64,000 nt of DNA from the NCBI GenBank assembly GCA_963834845.1, contig CAWICY010000004.1, positions 729,530 to 793,529 of the forward strand, read 5' to 3'. Below, piece after piece: positions 30,069 through 39,301 of the stretch. The position numbers and the translations under genes are program-made. Position 1 is the stretch's first letter, and each line of letters starts with the position of its first letter. A model generated the notes under the pieces. It was not told where the DNA came from, searched no databases, and saw only the letters and a list, made by a program, of their open reading frames with translations. This stretch comes from an uncultured Pseudomonadota bacterium. GTDB taxonomy: Bacteria > Pseudomonadota > Gammaproteobacteria > Burkholderiales > SG8-39.

Positions 30069-30907
30069 GCCCAACTTCGAATTACCTGGTGTGCGAGAAC
30101 CGCGAGATCCACTACACCGAGTGGGGCGCGGGAAACAGCGAAACGGTAATCGCCTGGCACGGCCTGGCGCGCACCGGGCGCGACATGGACGACATCGCCG
30201 CCCACCTCGCCTCGCGCTATCGCGTCATCTGCCCCGATACCATCGGCCGGGGGCTGTCGCAGTGGAGCCCCGATCCGCGCAAGGAATACAGCCTCGCGTT
30301 CTACGCCAGGCTCGCGGTGTCGCTCGTCGAGCAGTTCGGGCTCGAGCGCTTCCACTGGCTCGGCACTTCGATGGGCGGCGCGCTCGGCATCGCCCTCGCC
30401 GCGGGCGCGCTCCAGGGCCGCATCCGGCGCCTGGTGCTGAACGACATCGGCCCGCAGCTCGGCGCAGCCGCGGTCGAGCGCATCCGCGCCTACGCCGGCA
30501 ACCCGCCGCAGTTCGAGCGCGTGAGCGAGCTCGAGCAGTACTTCAGGACCGTGTACAAGCCCTTCGGCTGGCTCTCGGAGGTGCAGTGGCGTCGCCTCGC
30601 CGAGACCTCGGTGCGCCGCACGGCCGAAGGCAAGATCACGCCGCACTACGATCCGAACATGGTGCTGCAGTTCGTGCACCACCCCGAGGACTACGATCAG
30701 TGGGACGCCTGGGACCGGATCGACGTCCCGACGCTGTGCCTGCGCGGTGAGGCATCGGACCTGCTGCTCGCCGAGACCGCCGACGAGATGAGAAAGCGCG
30801 GCCCGCGCGCGGTGGTGGTCACCATCGCCGGCTGCGGCCACGCGCCGGCGCTAAACGTCCCCGACCAGTTCGCGCTGGTCGAGCGCTTCCTCGGCGGCGG
30901 CAAATGA
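30065..30907 (+). CDS. alpha/beta-fold hydrolase
   Basis: ATGA overlap with the permease stop. HGLARTGRD, nucleophile elbow GTSMGG, and C-terminal GCGHAP (His). 280 aa. Confidence 0.8.
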   Translation: MSPTSNYLVCENREIHYTEWGAGNSETVIAWHGLARTGRDMDDIAAHLASRYRVICPDTIGRGLSQWSPDPRKEYSLAFYARLAVSLVEQFGLERFHWLGTSMGGALGIALAAGALQGRIRRLVLNDIGPQLGAAAVERIRAYAGNPPQFERVSELEQYFRTVYKPFGWLSEVQWRRLAETSVRRTAEGKITPHYDPNMVLQFVHHPEDYDQWDAWDRIDVPTLCLRGEASDLLLAETADEMRKRGPRAVVVTIAGCGHAPALNVPDQFALVERFLGGGK

Positions 30908-30929
30908 GCGGCGGCAGGCTTTAGCGCCG

Positions 30930-32807
30930 CTATTCGGGCCGGCGGCGTCGCCGCAGCGGCAGCGGCAGGTTGCCGTGCAACAGGATGTCGTTCCAGGTGA
31001 CCACGCCGGTGACGTCGTCGGCGCTCTCGAGCTTGCCTTCGCGCGTCAGCAGCGCGATGTCCCCGCCGCTTTCGCGCAGACGCGCCAGCACGTCGAAGAT
31101 CAGGTCCTGAGAGTGCACCACCGCGAAGCCGGGGCGCGCGTGCTCGCCGACCGTGCCGGCGCGATTGCCGCGCCTGAGCATGTGCACGATGCGGCGCGAC
31201 GAGAGCACGCCGTGGACTTTCCCCTCGCGCGTCACCAGCACGTGCGGCACGAAGGTCTGGCGCTGCAGTCCATCGAACAGCGTCGCCAGCGGCAGGTCGG
31301 CGTCCGAAACCTGCATCGGCGTGCGGATGAAATCGGCCACCGAGCGCAGCATGTACAGGTTGGTATGGAACGCGTCCGGAATGACGTGGCCGCGGCGCGT
31401 CAGCTTCATGGTGTAGATGCTGTCGGTCATCAGCAGGCGGCGCGCGCCGTAGGCGATCGACACGGTGATCATGAGCGGCACGATGACGTTGTAGTCGCGC
31501 GTCATCTCGAAGATCATGACGATCGCGGTGACCACCGCCCCGGTCGCCGCGCCCACCAGCGAGGCCATGCCGATCACCGCGGTGCCGGCGACATCCAGGT
31601 GCATCCCCGGCCAAAGCGCGTTCACCACGAGCGCATAGCCGGCGCCGAAGGTGGCGCCCATGAACAGCGACGGCGAGAAGATGCCGCCCGAGCCGCCGGA
31701 GCCGAGCGTGAGCGAGGTGGCGAGCAGCTTGAGAAAGCACAGCAACACCAGCAGGTACGGGTCGGCGAGCGCGCGCGTGAGCGTGTCCTGCACCGTCGCG
31801 TAGCCGATGCCGGCGACGTAGTAGTGCCCCAGGTACCGCTGGCACAGGTAGAAGATCGTGCCGACCAGCGCCATGCCGAGCACGTGCTGGCCGTAGTAGC
31901 CGCCGGGCAGCTTTTCGAAGCCGTCCTCGAAGGCGTAGATCGAGCGGATGTAGACGAACGACATGGCGCCGAACAGCACGCCGAGCGCGACGTAGGCGGC
32001 GATCGGTGCGAACGACATCTGGTAGGACGCCGGCAGCGCGAGCGAAGGGATGTCGAACGCCGGGTAGTCGCCGAAGAACGCGCGCCCGACGAAGGTGGCG
32101 GCGCCTGCGGAGAGCGCCACCGGGATCACGGTGCGCGCGCTGATCTCGGGCAGGATGATCTCGATCGCGAACAGCAGGCCCCCGATCGGCGTGTTGAAGG
32201 TCGCGGCGATGCCCGCGGCGCCGCCGCAGGCCACCAGCGTGATCCGCTGCCACTCGGGCAGCCGCGCGAGCCGCGCCACCGTCGAGCCGAAGGCCGAGGC
32301 GATCTGTATGATCGGCCCCTCGCGCCCGACCGAGCCGCCGGTGCCGATCGATATGCCCGAGGCGAATGCCTTCACCAGCGTCACCACCGGCCGGATGATG
32401 CCGCCGCGGTAGTAGATCGCGTCGACCACCTCCGGCACGCCGTGGCCCTTCGCCTCGGGCGCGAAGTTCTTGACGATGAACGCGACCGCCAGCGCACCGA
32501 TCACCGGCACCGCGATGATCCACGCGCCCCAGGGCGACGCGGGCGTGTGCAGGTTGGCGTCGTAGGTCACCGACCATCGCCCGAGGAACATCACGTTGTG
32601 CACCAGGCCGATCAGGTCGCGGAACAGCACCGCGCCGAATCCCCCGGCGATGCCGACCAGCACCGCCAGCACAATCAGGCGGCTGGGCGAATGCTCGCTC
32701 GGCCACACGCGCCGGATGCCGCGGCGGCGCACCAGCGCGCGCAGGCGCTCCGCAGTCTCGGACTCGAGTGACCAATCGGACAGTTCGCCGCCCGCCGGGC
32801 GCGTCAT
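30930..32807 (-). CDS. ClC-family voltage-gated chloride channel / H+-Cl- antiporter with C-terminal CBS pair
   Basis: GREGP and GIFSPSLFMGA selectivity motifs, followed by two CBS-like repeats. 625 aa from MTRPAGG. The upstream part of ORF 30930..33350 is not used. Confidence 0.88.
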   Translation of the reverse strand: MTRPAGGELSDWSLESETAERLRALVRRRGIRRVWPSEHSPSRLIVLAVLVGIAGGFGAVLFRDLIGLVHNVMFLGRWSVTYDANLHTPASPWGAWIIAVPVIGALAVAFIVKNFAPEAKGHGVPEVVDAIYYRGGIIRPVVTLVKAFASGISIGTGGSVGREGPIIQIASAFGSTVARLARLPEWQRITLVACGGAAGIAATFNTPIGGLLFAIEIILPEISARTVIPVALSAGAATFVGRAFFGDYPAFDIPSLALPASYQMSFAPIAAYVALGVLFGAMSFVYIRSIYAFEDGFEKLPGGYYGQHVLGMALVGTIFYLCQRYLGHYYVAGIGYATVQDTLTRALADPYLLVLLCFLKLLATSLTLGSGGSGGIFSPSLFMGATFGAGYALVVNALWPGMHLDVAGTAVIGMASLVGAATGAVVTAIVMIFEMTRDYNVIVPLMITVSIAYGARRLLMTDSIYTMKLTRRGHVIPDAFHTNLYMLRSVADFIRTPMQVSDADLPLATLFDGLQRQTFVPHVLVTREGKVHGVLSSRRIVHMLRRGNRAGTVGEHARPGFAVVHSQDLIFDVLARLRESGGDIALLTREGKLESADDVTGVVTWNDILLHGNLPLPLRRRRRPE

Positions 32808-32935
32808 CGCGGACCTTTCGTCGAATGAAGACACGAAGGCCGGGACGCGGCGTGAACGGTCGGAGATGTGCCCCGCGTCGCGCTGCCCGCGTGCGCGCAG
32901 GTCTGGGCCTTCACCCCCGAGAATAACAAACTCCC

Positions 32936-32956
32936 CGCTGACGCCCGCCGTCAGCG
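32936..32956 (-). terminator. hairpin terminator candidate after the T1SS adaptor gene
   Basis: CGCTGACG-N5-CGTCAGCG. The minus strand continues GGGGAGTTTGTTATTC. Confidence 0.5.
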
Positions 32957-32977
32957 AACAATCGTGGTCAGAGTCGA

Positions 32978-34324
32978 TTAACGCTCCCGCCCGGCCTCCT
33001 GGAACGCCTTCTGCACCGGCGACAGTAGGTACTCGAGCACGCTGCGCGTGCCGAGATGGATCTCGGCGGCGACCTGCATGCCGGGGGCGAGCGCATAGCG
33101 CGCCTCCTCGGTCGCGAGCGCCTGCGACTCGAGCTTGACGAGCGTCCTGTAGGCGAGCGGCCCCATCGGCCGGTCGCGCCCGCCGAGCGTGTCCGAGCGC
33201 GTGTTGGCCGAAGGCGCCTCGGTCGCGTCCGCGCTCACGTGCTCGACCACGCCCTCGACCATGCCGTACTTCTGGAACTGGAACGGCGCGAGCTTCAACT
33301 TCACCTTCTGCCCGGGGCGCACGAAGCCGATGTCCTGGTTGCCGATCCACACCTCGGCCATCAGCCGCTCGTCGTGCGGCACGAGCGTCATGAGGATCGT
33401 GCCGGGCGCCGCCACCGTGCCCACGGTGTGGGTGGCGAGGTCCTTCACCGTGCCGTCGGCCGGGGCGCGCAGCTCAAGCAGCGCGCTGCGGTGCTGGTGC
33501 TTGGCGAGTTCCTGGCGCGCTCGTTCGAACTGCGACGCGGTCTCGACCCGCTCGGTGCGCAGCTGGCGCCGGTAGTCGGCGGTGATCTGGGCGATCTTGC
33601 GCTCGGACTGCTCGATCAGCGCCAGGTTTGCGCGGATCACGTACTCCTGCGCGCGCAGGTCCTGCTCCTTCTCGATCCGCTCGCGCGCCTTGTCGGTGGC
33701 GAGGATGCGGCCGGCGTAGCCGTCGCGCGCGAGCTGGTCGAACGCGCGCTCCTGCTCGACGTAGTGCGGCAGCACCTGCTCGAGCTTCGCCTTCGTCTGG
33801 CGCGCGGCGGCGAGATCGTTCTGCGCCTTGTCGAGCAGGCTCCTCTCCTGCGCGAGCGCGTTCTCGTAGGCCCTGACGTTCGCCCCGAACTGCGCCGCGA
33901 CCTCCGCGTACAGGTCCTCCCGGTCGCCCTCCGCGCGCGCGAATTCGCCGCCCTGCAACTGCGCATCGATGCGCCGCAGCGCGAGGCGCTTCAGCTGGAA
34001 GTCGGTCTCCAGCGTTTTCAGGTCGGCACTCGTGAACGCCGGGTCCATCCTGATCAGCACCTGCCCGGACTTCGCCTGCTCGCCCTCGCGCACCAGGATC
34101 TCCTTCACGATGCCCTGCTCGGCCGGCTGCACGATCTTGAGGTAGCTCGAAGGCACGAGCTTGCCGTCCGCGACCGCCACGATGTCGAGCCGCCCGAGCG
34201 CCGCCCAGAGGAGCAGGCACACGAGCAGCGCGGCGAGCATGCGGAACATCGACCCCGCGAGCGGCGCGGGCGGCTTGTCCTGGATGCGCAGCAGCGGCGG
34301 CGCGAAATCGATTGGGTCAGCCAT
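32978..34324 (-). CDS. HlyD-family type I secretion periplasmic adaptor
   Basis: N-terminal TM, a long coiled-coil, and a lipoyl/beta-barrel C-terminus. 448 aa. Lies 10 nt downstream of the ABC gene. Confidence 0.88.
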   Translation of the reverse strand: MADPIDFAPPLLRIQDKPPAPLAGSMFRMLAALLVCLLLWAALGRLDIVAVADGKLVPSSYLKIVQPAEQGIVKEILVREGEQAKSGQVLIRMDPAFTSADLKTLETDFQLKRLALRRIDAQLQGGEFARAEGDREDLYAEVAAQFGANVRAYENALAQERSLLDKAQNDLAAARQTKAKLEQVLPHYVEQERAFDQLARDGYAGRILATDKARERIEKEQDLRAQEYVIRANLALIEQSERKIAQITADYRRQLRTERVETASQFERARQELAKHQHRSALLELRAPADGTVKDLATHTVGTVAAPGTILMTLVPHDERLMAEVWIGNQDIGFVRPGQKVKLKLAPFQFQKYGMVEGVVEHVSADATEAPSANTRSDTLGGRDRPMGPLAYRTLVKLESQALATEEARYALAPGMQVAAEIHLGTRSVLEYLLSPVQKAFQEAGRER

Positions 34325-34334
34325 CAGCCCGGCC

Positions 34335-36467
34335 TCAGCTGTATTCCTCGTCCATCACTTTCATATGCGCCATCTTCTCCCCTAGCCTCACCACCTCGTC
34401 GACGTGCAACCCCTTCGGCACTTGGTGTGCAATGAAGAGCGTCGTGACGCGCCCCTTGAGCTGGTTCACGGTCTGCGCGAACTGCTCGGCGGTGGCTTGA
34501 TCGAGGCTGCTGGTCGCTTCGTCGAATACGAGGATCTTCGGGCGCTTGAGGATGGCGCGGGCGATGGCGAGGCGCTGCTTCTGGCCGCCGGAGAGACCGA
34601 CGCCGTGCTCGCCGATCTCGGTGTTGTAGCCCTTGGGGAGCTTCTCGATCACGTCGTGGATCTCGGCGATTTTCGCGGCCTGCACGACGTCTGGGAAGCC
34701 GGCATTGGGGTTGGCGGCGATGAGGTTCTCGTAGATGGTGCCCGAGAAGAGGTAGGTTTCCTGCGGTACGATGCCGAAGTACTGCCGCAACTCGTTGGCC
34801 GAAAGATGGCGCAGGTCTCGGCAGTCGACCTCGATCGATCCCTCCTCGGACTGGTAGAAACCTAGAAGGAGCTTCGCGAGGGTGCTCTTCCCGGAGCCCG
34901 AGGGGCCGGTGAGGACGGTGAGCTTGCCGGGGCTGAGGGAGAGGCTCAAGTCCTTGAAGAGCCACGGCTGCTCGGGCGCGTAGCGGAATCCCAGGTCGCG
35001 GATCGCGATCTCCCCCTTGCCGTCGGCGGCGCGCGACGGGGTGACGACATAGGGCTCGGCGGGGGCGTCCATGATGTCGCCCAGGCGCTTGACCGCGATG
35101 TTGGCCTGCTGGAACTCCTGCCACAGGCTCGCCAGGCGCAGCATCGGCTGGCTCATGCGCGCGGCGAACATCTGGAAGGCGACCAGCATGCCGATGGTGA
35201 AGCCGTCGTTGCGCATGACGAGCAGCGCGCCCACGCAGAGAATCCCCAGCGTCATGGTCTGCTCGAGGGCGTTCGCTGCGACGTTGTAGCTGTTGGAAAG
35301 CGTACGCGTCGAGAACCCCGCGGCGAGGTAGGAGGCGAGGTAGTCGTCGTAGCGCGACTCCAGGCGCGGCTCCATCTGCAGCGACTTCACCGTCTCGATG
35401 CCTGAGACGTACTCAGTGAGAAAGGCCTGGTTCCTCGCGCCGAGCAGGAACTGGCGGTTGAGCCGCGCGCGCAACACCGGCGTCACGCCGAGGCTGACGG
35501 CGACGATCAGCGCGAGAATCCCGGCCGCGATGAGCGTCAGCTGCCAGCTGTAGAAGAACATGACCGCGAGGAAGACGGCGAGGAACGGCAGGTCGAGGAG
35601 CAGCGACACGGCGGCGCCCGCCATGAACTCGCGGATGGTCTCGACCGCGTGCACGCGCGCGACGAGCACGCCGGTGGGGCGGTGCTCGAAGTACGAGAGG
35701 TTTAAGCGCAGCAGGTGGCGAAACACCTGGCTGCCGAGCACCGCGTCGACCCGGTTGCCGGTATGCAGCACCAGGTATTGCCTGAGCCAGCTCATGCCGG
35801 CGTTGAACAGCATGAACATCGCCAGGCCCACGGCGATGACGACCAGCGTGCTCGCGGTCTGATGCACGACCACCTTGTCGATAATCACCTGGGTGAAAAG
35901 CGGCGTGGTGAGGCCGATAAGCTGGATGAAGAGCGAGGCCGCGAGCACGTCGCGCCAGATCGAGCGGTGCTTGAGGAGCTCGGGCACGAACCAGCGAAAG
36001 CCGAACGCCCTCTTACTCTCTTCGACGCCCGCGAGCGCCTCCTCCGCGCCGCGCTCGTGAGACACCAGGATCGCCTCGGGCTCGAAAAACTCCTCGAAGT
36101 CGTGCACCAGGCGCGTACGCGGAAGCTCGCTCCCCGCCTCGACGTACAGGATGCGCTCGCCGTCGTGCCTGAGGATCAGCCCCGGCGTCGCCTGCGGCCG
36201 CAGGAACCCGATTGCAGGCAGGGGGGCGCGCGCGAGGCGCCCCTCGGCGAGGGAGGCGTGCCCGGCGCGAAAACCGAAGGCGCGCGCGGCTTCGATCAGC
36301 TGCGCGCGGTCGTGCGGCGGCGGGAACTGCTGCGTCAGGAGCGCCGCGTCGAACGGCAGCCGGTGAATGCTGCACAGGCTGCCGAGCAGCCAGACGAATT
36401 GCTCGGTGCTCAGCACGGAGCCGCGCGGCTCCGCCCCCGGCGGTGAAGCCGCGGCGGCCTGTCCCAT
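34335..36467 (-). CDS. type I secretion ABC permease/ATPase with N-terminal C39-like (non-catalytic) domain, HlyB type
   Basis: 710 aa. The N-terminal ~140 aa have a C39 fold but no Cys at the catalytic position (STEQFVWLLGSLCSIHRLPFD, compare HlyB DYGLYALEILAQYH). Six-TM domain. GPSGSGKST, LSGGQKQRLAIARA, VFDEATSSLD. Confidence 0.88.
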   Translation of the reverse strand: MGQAAAASPPGAEPRGSVLSTEQFVWLLGSLCSIHRLPFDAALLTQQFPPPHDRAQLIEAARAFGFRAGHASLAEGRLARAPLPAIGFLRPQATPGLILRHDGERILYVEAGSELPRTRLVHDFEEFFEPEAILVSHERGAEEALAGVEESKRAFGFRWFVPELLKHRSIWRDVLAASLFIQLIGLTTPLFTQVIIDKVVVHQTASTLVVIAVGLAMFMLFNAGMSWLRQYLVLHTGNRVDAVLGSQVFRHLLRLNLSYFEHRPTGVLVARVHAVETIREFMAGAAVSLLLDLPFLAVFLAVMFFYSWQLTLIAAGILALIVAVSLGVTPVLRARLNRQFLLGARNQAFLTEYVSGIETVKSLQMEPRLESRYDDYLASYLAAGFSTRTLSNSYNVAANALEQTMTLGILCVGALLVMRNDGFTIGMLVAFQMFAARMSQPMLRLASLWQEFQQANIAVKRLGDIMDAPAEPYVVTPSRAADGKGEIAIRDLGFRYAPEQPWLFKDLSLSLSPGKLTVLTGPSGSGKSTLAKLLLGFYQSEEGSIEVDCRDLRHLSANELRQYFGIVPQETYLFSGTIYENLIAANPNAGFPDVVQAAKIAEIHDVIEKLPKGYNTEIGEHGVGLSGGQKQRLAIARAILKRPKILVFDEATSSLDQATAEQFAQTVNQLKGRVTTLFIAHQVPKGLHVDEVVRLGEKMAHMKVMDEEYS

Positions 36468-36485
36468 GTGAACGTCCCCCCTAAA

Positions 36486-36542
36486 GGGAATCTACTCCGG
36501 CGTCAGGATTTTGTAATCAAGACAAAAGGATAAAAGTAGGCC
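36486..36542 (-). promoter_or_regulatory. conserved leader/promoter element upstream of the T1SS ABC gene (copy 1)
   Basis: About 75 % identical by hand alignment to 38005-38060. The shared minus-strand core is TTATC..TTT.GTCT.G.TTACA.AATCC...TAGATTC, with TAGATT as a possible -10. Confidence 0.4.
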
Positions 36543-36578
36543 TGTGGCCCACCTCGAATCACTTATAGTCGCGCCCTC

Positions 36579-37526
36579 ATGCTCGCGATCTTTCAGGTCA
36601 CCGCGCCGTTCTTCGCGCTCATCCTGTGCGGTTACCTCGCGGCGGGCTTCCGGCTGCTGCCGGAGAACGCGGTGCCGGCGCTGAACACGTTCGTGCTCTA
36701 CTTCGCGCTGCCGTGCCTCTTATTCCGCTTCAGCGCGCACACGCCCTTCGACGAGCTCGTCGATCTGCCGGTGTTCTTCGCGTACCTGGTGACCGGGCTC
36801 GCGCTGTTCGCCGCATTCGCCGCGGCAGTGCGCGCGCTCGCGGGCGAGTCCTTGCGCGACGCGGCGTTCGCCGCGCTCGCCGCCTCGTGGTCGAACTGGG
36901 GTTACATGGGTTTTGCGCTCCTGCCGCCGATCCTCGGCAAGGCGGCGCTCGCGCCGCTCATCGCCGCGGGCATGGCCGACCTGCTGGTGTTGGTGTCGCT
37001 CGCGCTGGCGCTCTCCGCGCTGCAGGACCATCACGGCGCGGAATTCGGCGCCGCGCTCGCAGGCGTGCTGGCGCGGATCGCGCAGAACCCGATGATCTGG
37101 TCGGTGATCGCGGGCGGCGCATTCTCCGCCTGGCAGGTGACCCTGTGGCAGCCGGCGGATCACCTCACGCAGCTGCTCGGCGAGGCGGCGGTGCCGGTGG
37201 CGTTGTTCACCATCGGCGTGTCGCTCTACCGGCCGGGGACGCGCGTCGCGCGCGCCGACGTGTTCATGATCGCCGGCGCGAAGCTGCTCGCGCACCCCTA
37301 TCTTGCGGCGCTGGTGGCCGTTTACCTCTTTCGCCTGCCGCAGCTCGAGGTGCGCACGCTGGTGCTCGCCGCGGCGCTGCCGGTGGCGGGCACCGTGTTC
37401 CTGTTCGCCGAGCGCCAGGGCGCCAACGCCGAGCGCATCGCGGCTTCGATCCTGGTGTCGACCGCGCTCGCCTTCTTCAGCTTCACCGCCCTGTGCTGGG
37501 CGTTCGGGCTGCGGGTCGGCGGCTAG
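36579..37526 (+). CDS. AEC (auxin efflux carrier) family permease
   Basis: MLAIFQVTAPFFALILCGYLA... About 10 TM segments and 315 aa, the Mem_trans pattern. Confidence 0.8.
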   Translation: MLAIFQVTAPFFALILCGYLAAGFRLLPENAVPALNTFVLYFALPCLLFRFSAHTPFDELVDLPVFFAYLVTGLALFAAFAAAVRALAGESLRDAAFAALAASWSNWGYMGFALLPPILGKAALAPLIAAGMADLLVLVSLALALSALQDHHGAEFGAALAGVLARIAQNPMIWSVIAGGAFSAWQVTLWQPADHLTQLLGEAAVPVALFTIGVSLYRPGTRVARADVFMIAGAKLLAHPYLAALVAVYLFRLPQLEVRTLVLAAALPVAGTVFLFAERQGANAERIAASILVSTALAFFSFTALCWAFGLRVGG

Positions 37527-37987
37527 CGCGACGGCTGCCGCTCGGGCACCGCGACGATCACTTCGGGCTCGAAGAATTCCTCGAAATTGCGCGTGAAGCG
37601 CGTGCGCGGCAGGTCGGTGCAGGCCTCCACGTGCAGCAGCCGCCCGGCGTCGCACCTGGCGATCAGGCCCGGGATCGGCTCCGGGCGGGGCGCCGGCAGG
37701 CTTTGCGTCATGTCGGGCCGCAGGAACGCGATCGCCGGCAGCGGCAGCTGTTCCAGCCTGACGTCGCGGGGCGACACCACCTCGCTGCGAAAGCCGTGCG
37801 CGCGCGCCGCCTCGACCAGCGCCGGGCGCAGGTGCGGCTGCGGAAAGCGCTGCACCATGCGCACGGCGTCGAAGGGCACGCCATGCGCGCGGCACAGGCT
37901 GCCGATCAGCCAGATGAACTGCTTGGTGGTGAGTCTCGGAGGCTGGCCCTGGTTGTAGGCCGAATGCCCCACGTTGGAAAGCGGCAT
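37523..37987 (-). CDS. stand-alone C39-like domain protein, paralogue of the T1SS ABC N-terminus
   Basis: 154 aa, colinear with residues ~20-150 of the 34335..36467 product. About 50-55 % identity by eye: TKQFIWLIGSLCRAHGVPFD, LVEAARAHGFR, LPLPAIAFLRP, DLPRTRF..FEEFFEPE. GGGAG RBS. Confidence 0.75.
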   Translation of the reverse strand: MPLSNVGHSAYNQGQPPRLTTKQFIWLIGSLCRAHGVPFDAVRMVQRFPQPHLRPALVEAARAHGFRSEVVSPRDVRLEQLPLPAIAFLRPDMTQSLPAPRPEPIPGLIARCDAGRLLHVEACTDLPRTRFTRNFEEFFEPEVIVAVPERQPSR

Positions 37988-38004
37988 GGTGATTGCTCCC
38001 GGGC

Positions 38005-38060
38005 GGGAGAATCTACCTCAGCGCGCGGATTCTGTAACCTAGACGAAAAGATAAGCCGCC
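38005..38060 (-). promoter_or_regulatory. conserved leader/promoter element (copy 2) upstream of the stand-alone C39-like gene
   Basis: See 36486-36542. Same order and same distance to the start codon. Confidence 0.4.
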
Positions 38061-38076
38061 GTTATTCCCTTGCGCG

Positions 38077-38871
38077 CTAACGATCGGCGCGGTCGAGCTC
38101 GCTCTCCATCTCCTCGTCGGTCATCGGCTTGTCGCCCTCGTCGCCTTGCCTGGCGCGCACCGCGACGAAGCGCGCGAAGAACAGCCCCGACTCGTACAGC
38201 AGGCACATCGGCAGCGCGAGCATGATCTGCGAGACGACGTCGGGCGGCGTGACGATCGCGGCGACGATGAAGGCGCCGACGATGACGTAGGGGCGCGCGG
38301 CGCGCAGCTTCTCGACCTCGACGATGCCCATTCTCACCAGCACGATGACGATGATCGGGATCTCGAAGGTGATGCCGAAAGCGAGGAACATGGTGATGAC
38401 GAAGCTGAAATAGGCCTCGATGTCCGGCGCCGGGGTGATCGACTTGGGCGCGAACTGGTGGATGAAAGTGAACACCCGCACGAACACGAAGAAGTAGCAG
38501 AACGCCACGCCCAGGAAGAACAGCACCGTGCTGCCGATGATCAGCGGCAGCGCGAGTTTCCGTTCGTTCTCGTACAGGCCCGGCGCAACGAATGCCCAGG
38601 CCTGGTACAGCACGTAGGGCAGCGCGACGAACAGGGCGACCATCGCGGTCACCTTCATCGGCACCAGGAACGGCGTCACCACGCCGGTGGCGATCATCTT
38701 GGTGCCCTCGGGCAGCGCCCGCATCAGCGGCAGCGCGAGCCAGTCGTAGATCGGCCCGGAGCCAGGCCAGACGAACAGCGCCACGAACACCACCAGCACC
38801 GCGAGCACCGCGCGCACCAGCCGCTGGCGCAACTCGACCAGGTGCGAGATGAAGGTATCCTGGGTGCTCAT
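38077..38871 (-). CDS. tatC: twin-arginine translocase subunit TatC
   Basis: FISHLVELRQRL..., PLMVALPYVLYQAWAFVAPGLYENE-type motifs and six TM segments. Confidence 0.95.
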   Translation of the reverse strand: MSTQDTFISHLVELRQRLVRAVLAVLVVFVALFVWPGSGPIYDWLALPLMRALPEGTKMIATGVVTPFLVPMKVTAMVALFVALPYVLYQAWAFVAPGLYENERKLALPLIIGSTVLFFLGVAFCYFFVFVRVFTFIHQFAPKSITPAPDIEAYFSFVITMFLAFGITFEIPIIVIVLVRMGIVEVEKLRAARPYVIVGAFIVAAIVTPPDVVSQIMLALPMCLLYESGLFFARFVAVRARQGDEGDKPMTDEEMESELDRADR

Positions 38872-39221
38872 CCGCGCGCCTCGGGCGACGCGCCCTTGTC
38901 GGGCAGCTCCTCGCGCGCCTCGGGGGGCGGCGCGGCGGCTTCGGAGACCGCCTTGTTGAGCTCCTGCTCGGTTTCGCTCATGTCCTTGCGCACCGAGCTC
39001 TCCATCTCGCTCGCGGCCTGCTGCATCTCGTCGCGCATCTTGCGCAGCTCGTCGAGCTCCATCTCGCGGTTGATGTCGGCCTTGACGTCGGCGACGTAGC
39101 GCTGCAGCCGGCCGGCCAAGTGGCCGACGGTGCGCGCCACGCGCGGCAGCCGTTCCGGCCCGATCACGATCAACGCGACCAGGCCGATGACCATCAACTC
39201 GGAGAAACCGATGTCGAACAC
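38868..39221 (-). CDS. tatB: twin-arginine translocase subunit TatB
   Basis: MFDIGFSELMVIGLVALIVIGPERLPRVART. Confidence 0.93.
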   Translation of the reverse strand: MFDIGFSELMVIGLVALIVIGPERLPRVARTVGHLAGRLQRYVADVKADINREMELDELRKMRDEMQQAASEMESSVRKDMSETEQELNKAVSEAAAPPPEAREELPDKGASPEARG

Positions 39222-39301
39222 GTCAGCTCGGGGAATCCGGAGATGAAAAGGGCGCCTGCAAGGCGCCCGTCAGATGGATCGGCAGCGAGTCGAGTCTCGG
39301 C

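Noticed and set aside
30908-30929. AGCGGCG-N11-CGCCGCT hairpin between the convergent hydrolase and ClC genes, as a possible bidirectional terminator.
   Set aside because: The loop is long and there is no U-run on either side, so support is too weak to call.
30697-34435. Long ORFs antisense to or off-frame over the ClC channel and HlyD genes (30697..32775 minus, 30975..32771 plus, 33056..34435 plus, 33474..34220 minus).
   Set aside because: They have no motifs and extreme Arg/Ala/His/Asp composition, while the opposite or alternative frame has clear ClC (GREGP, GxFxP) or HlyD features.
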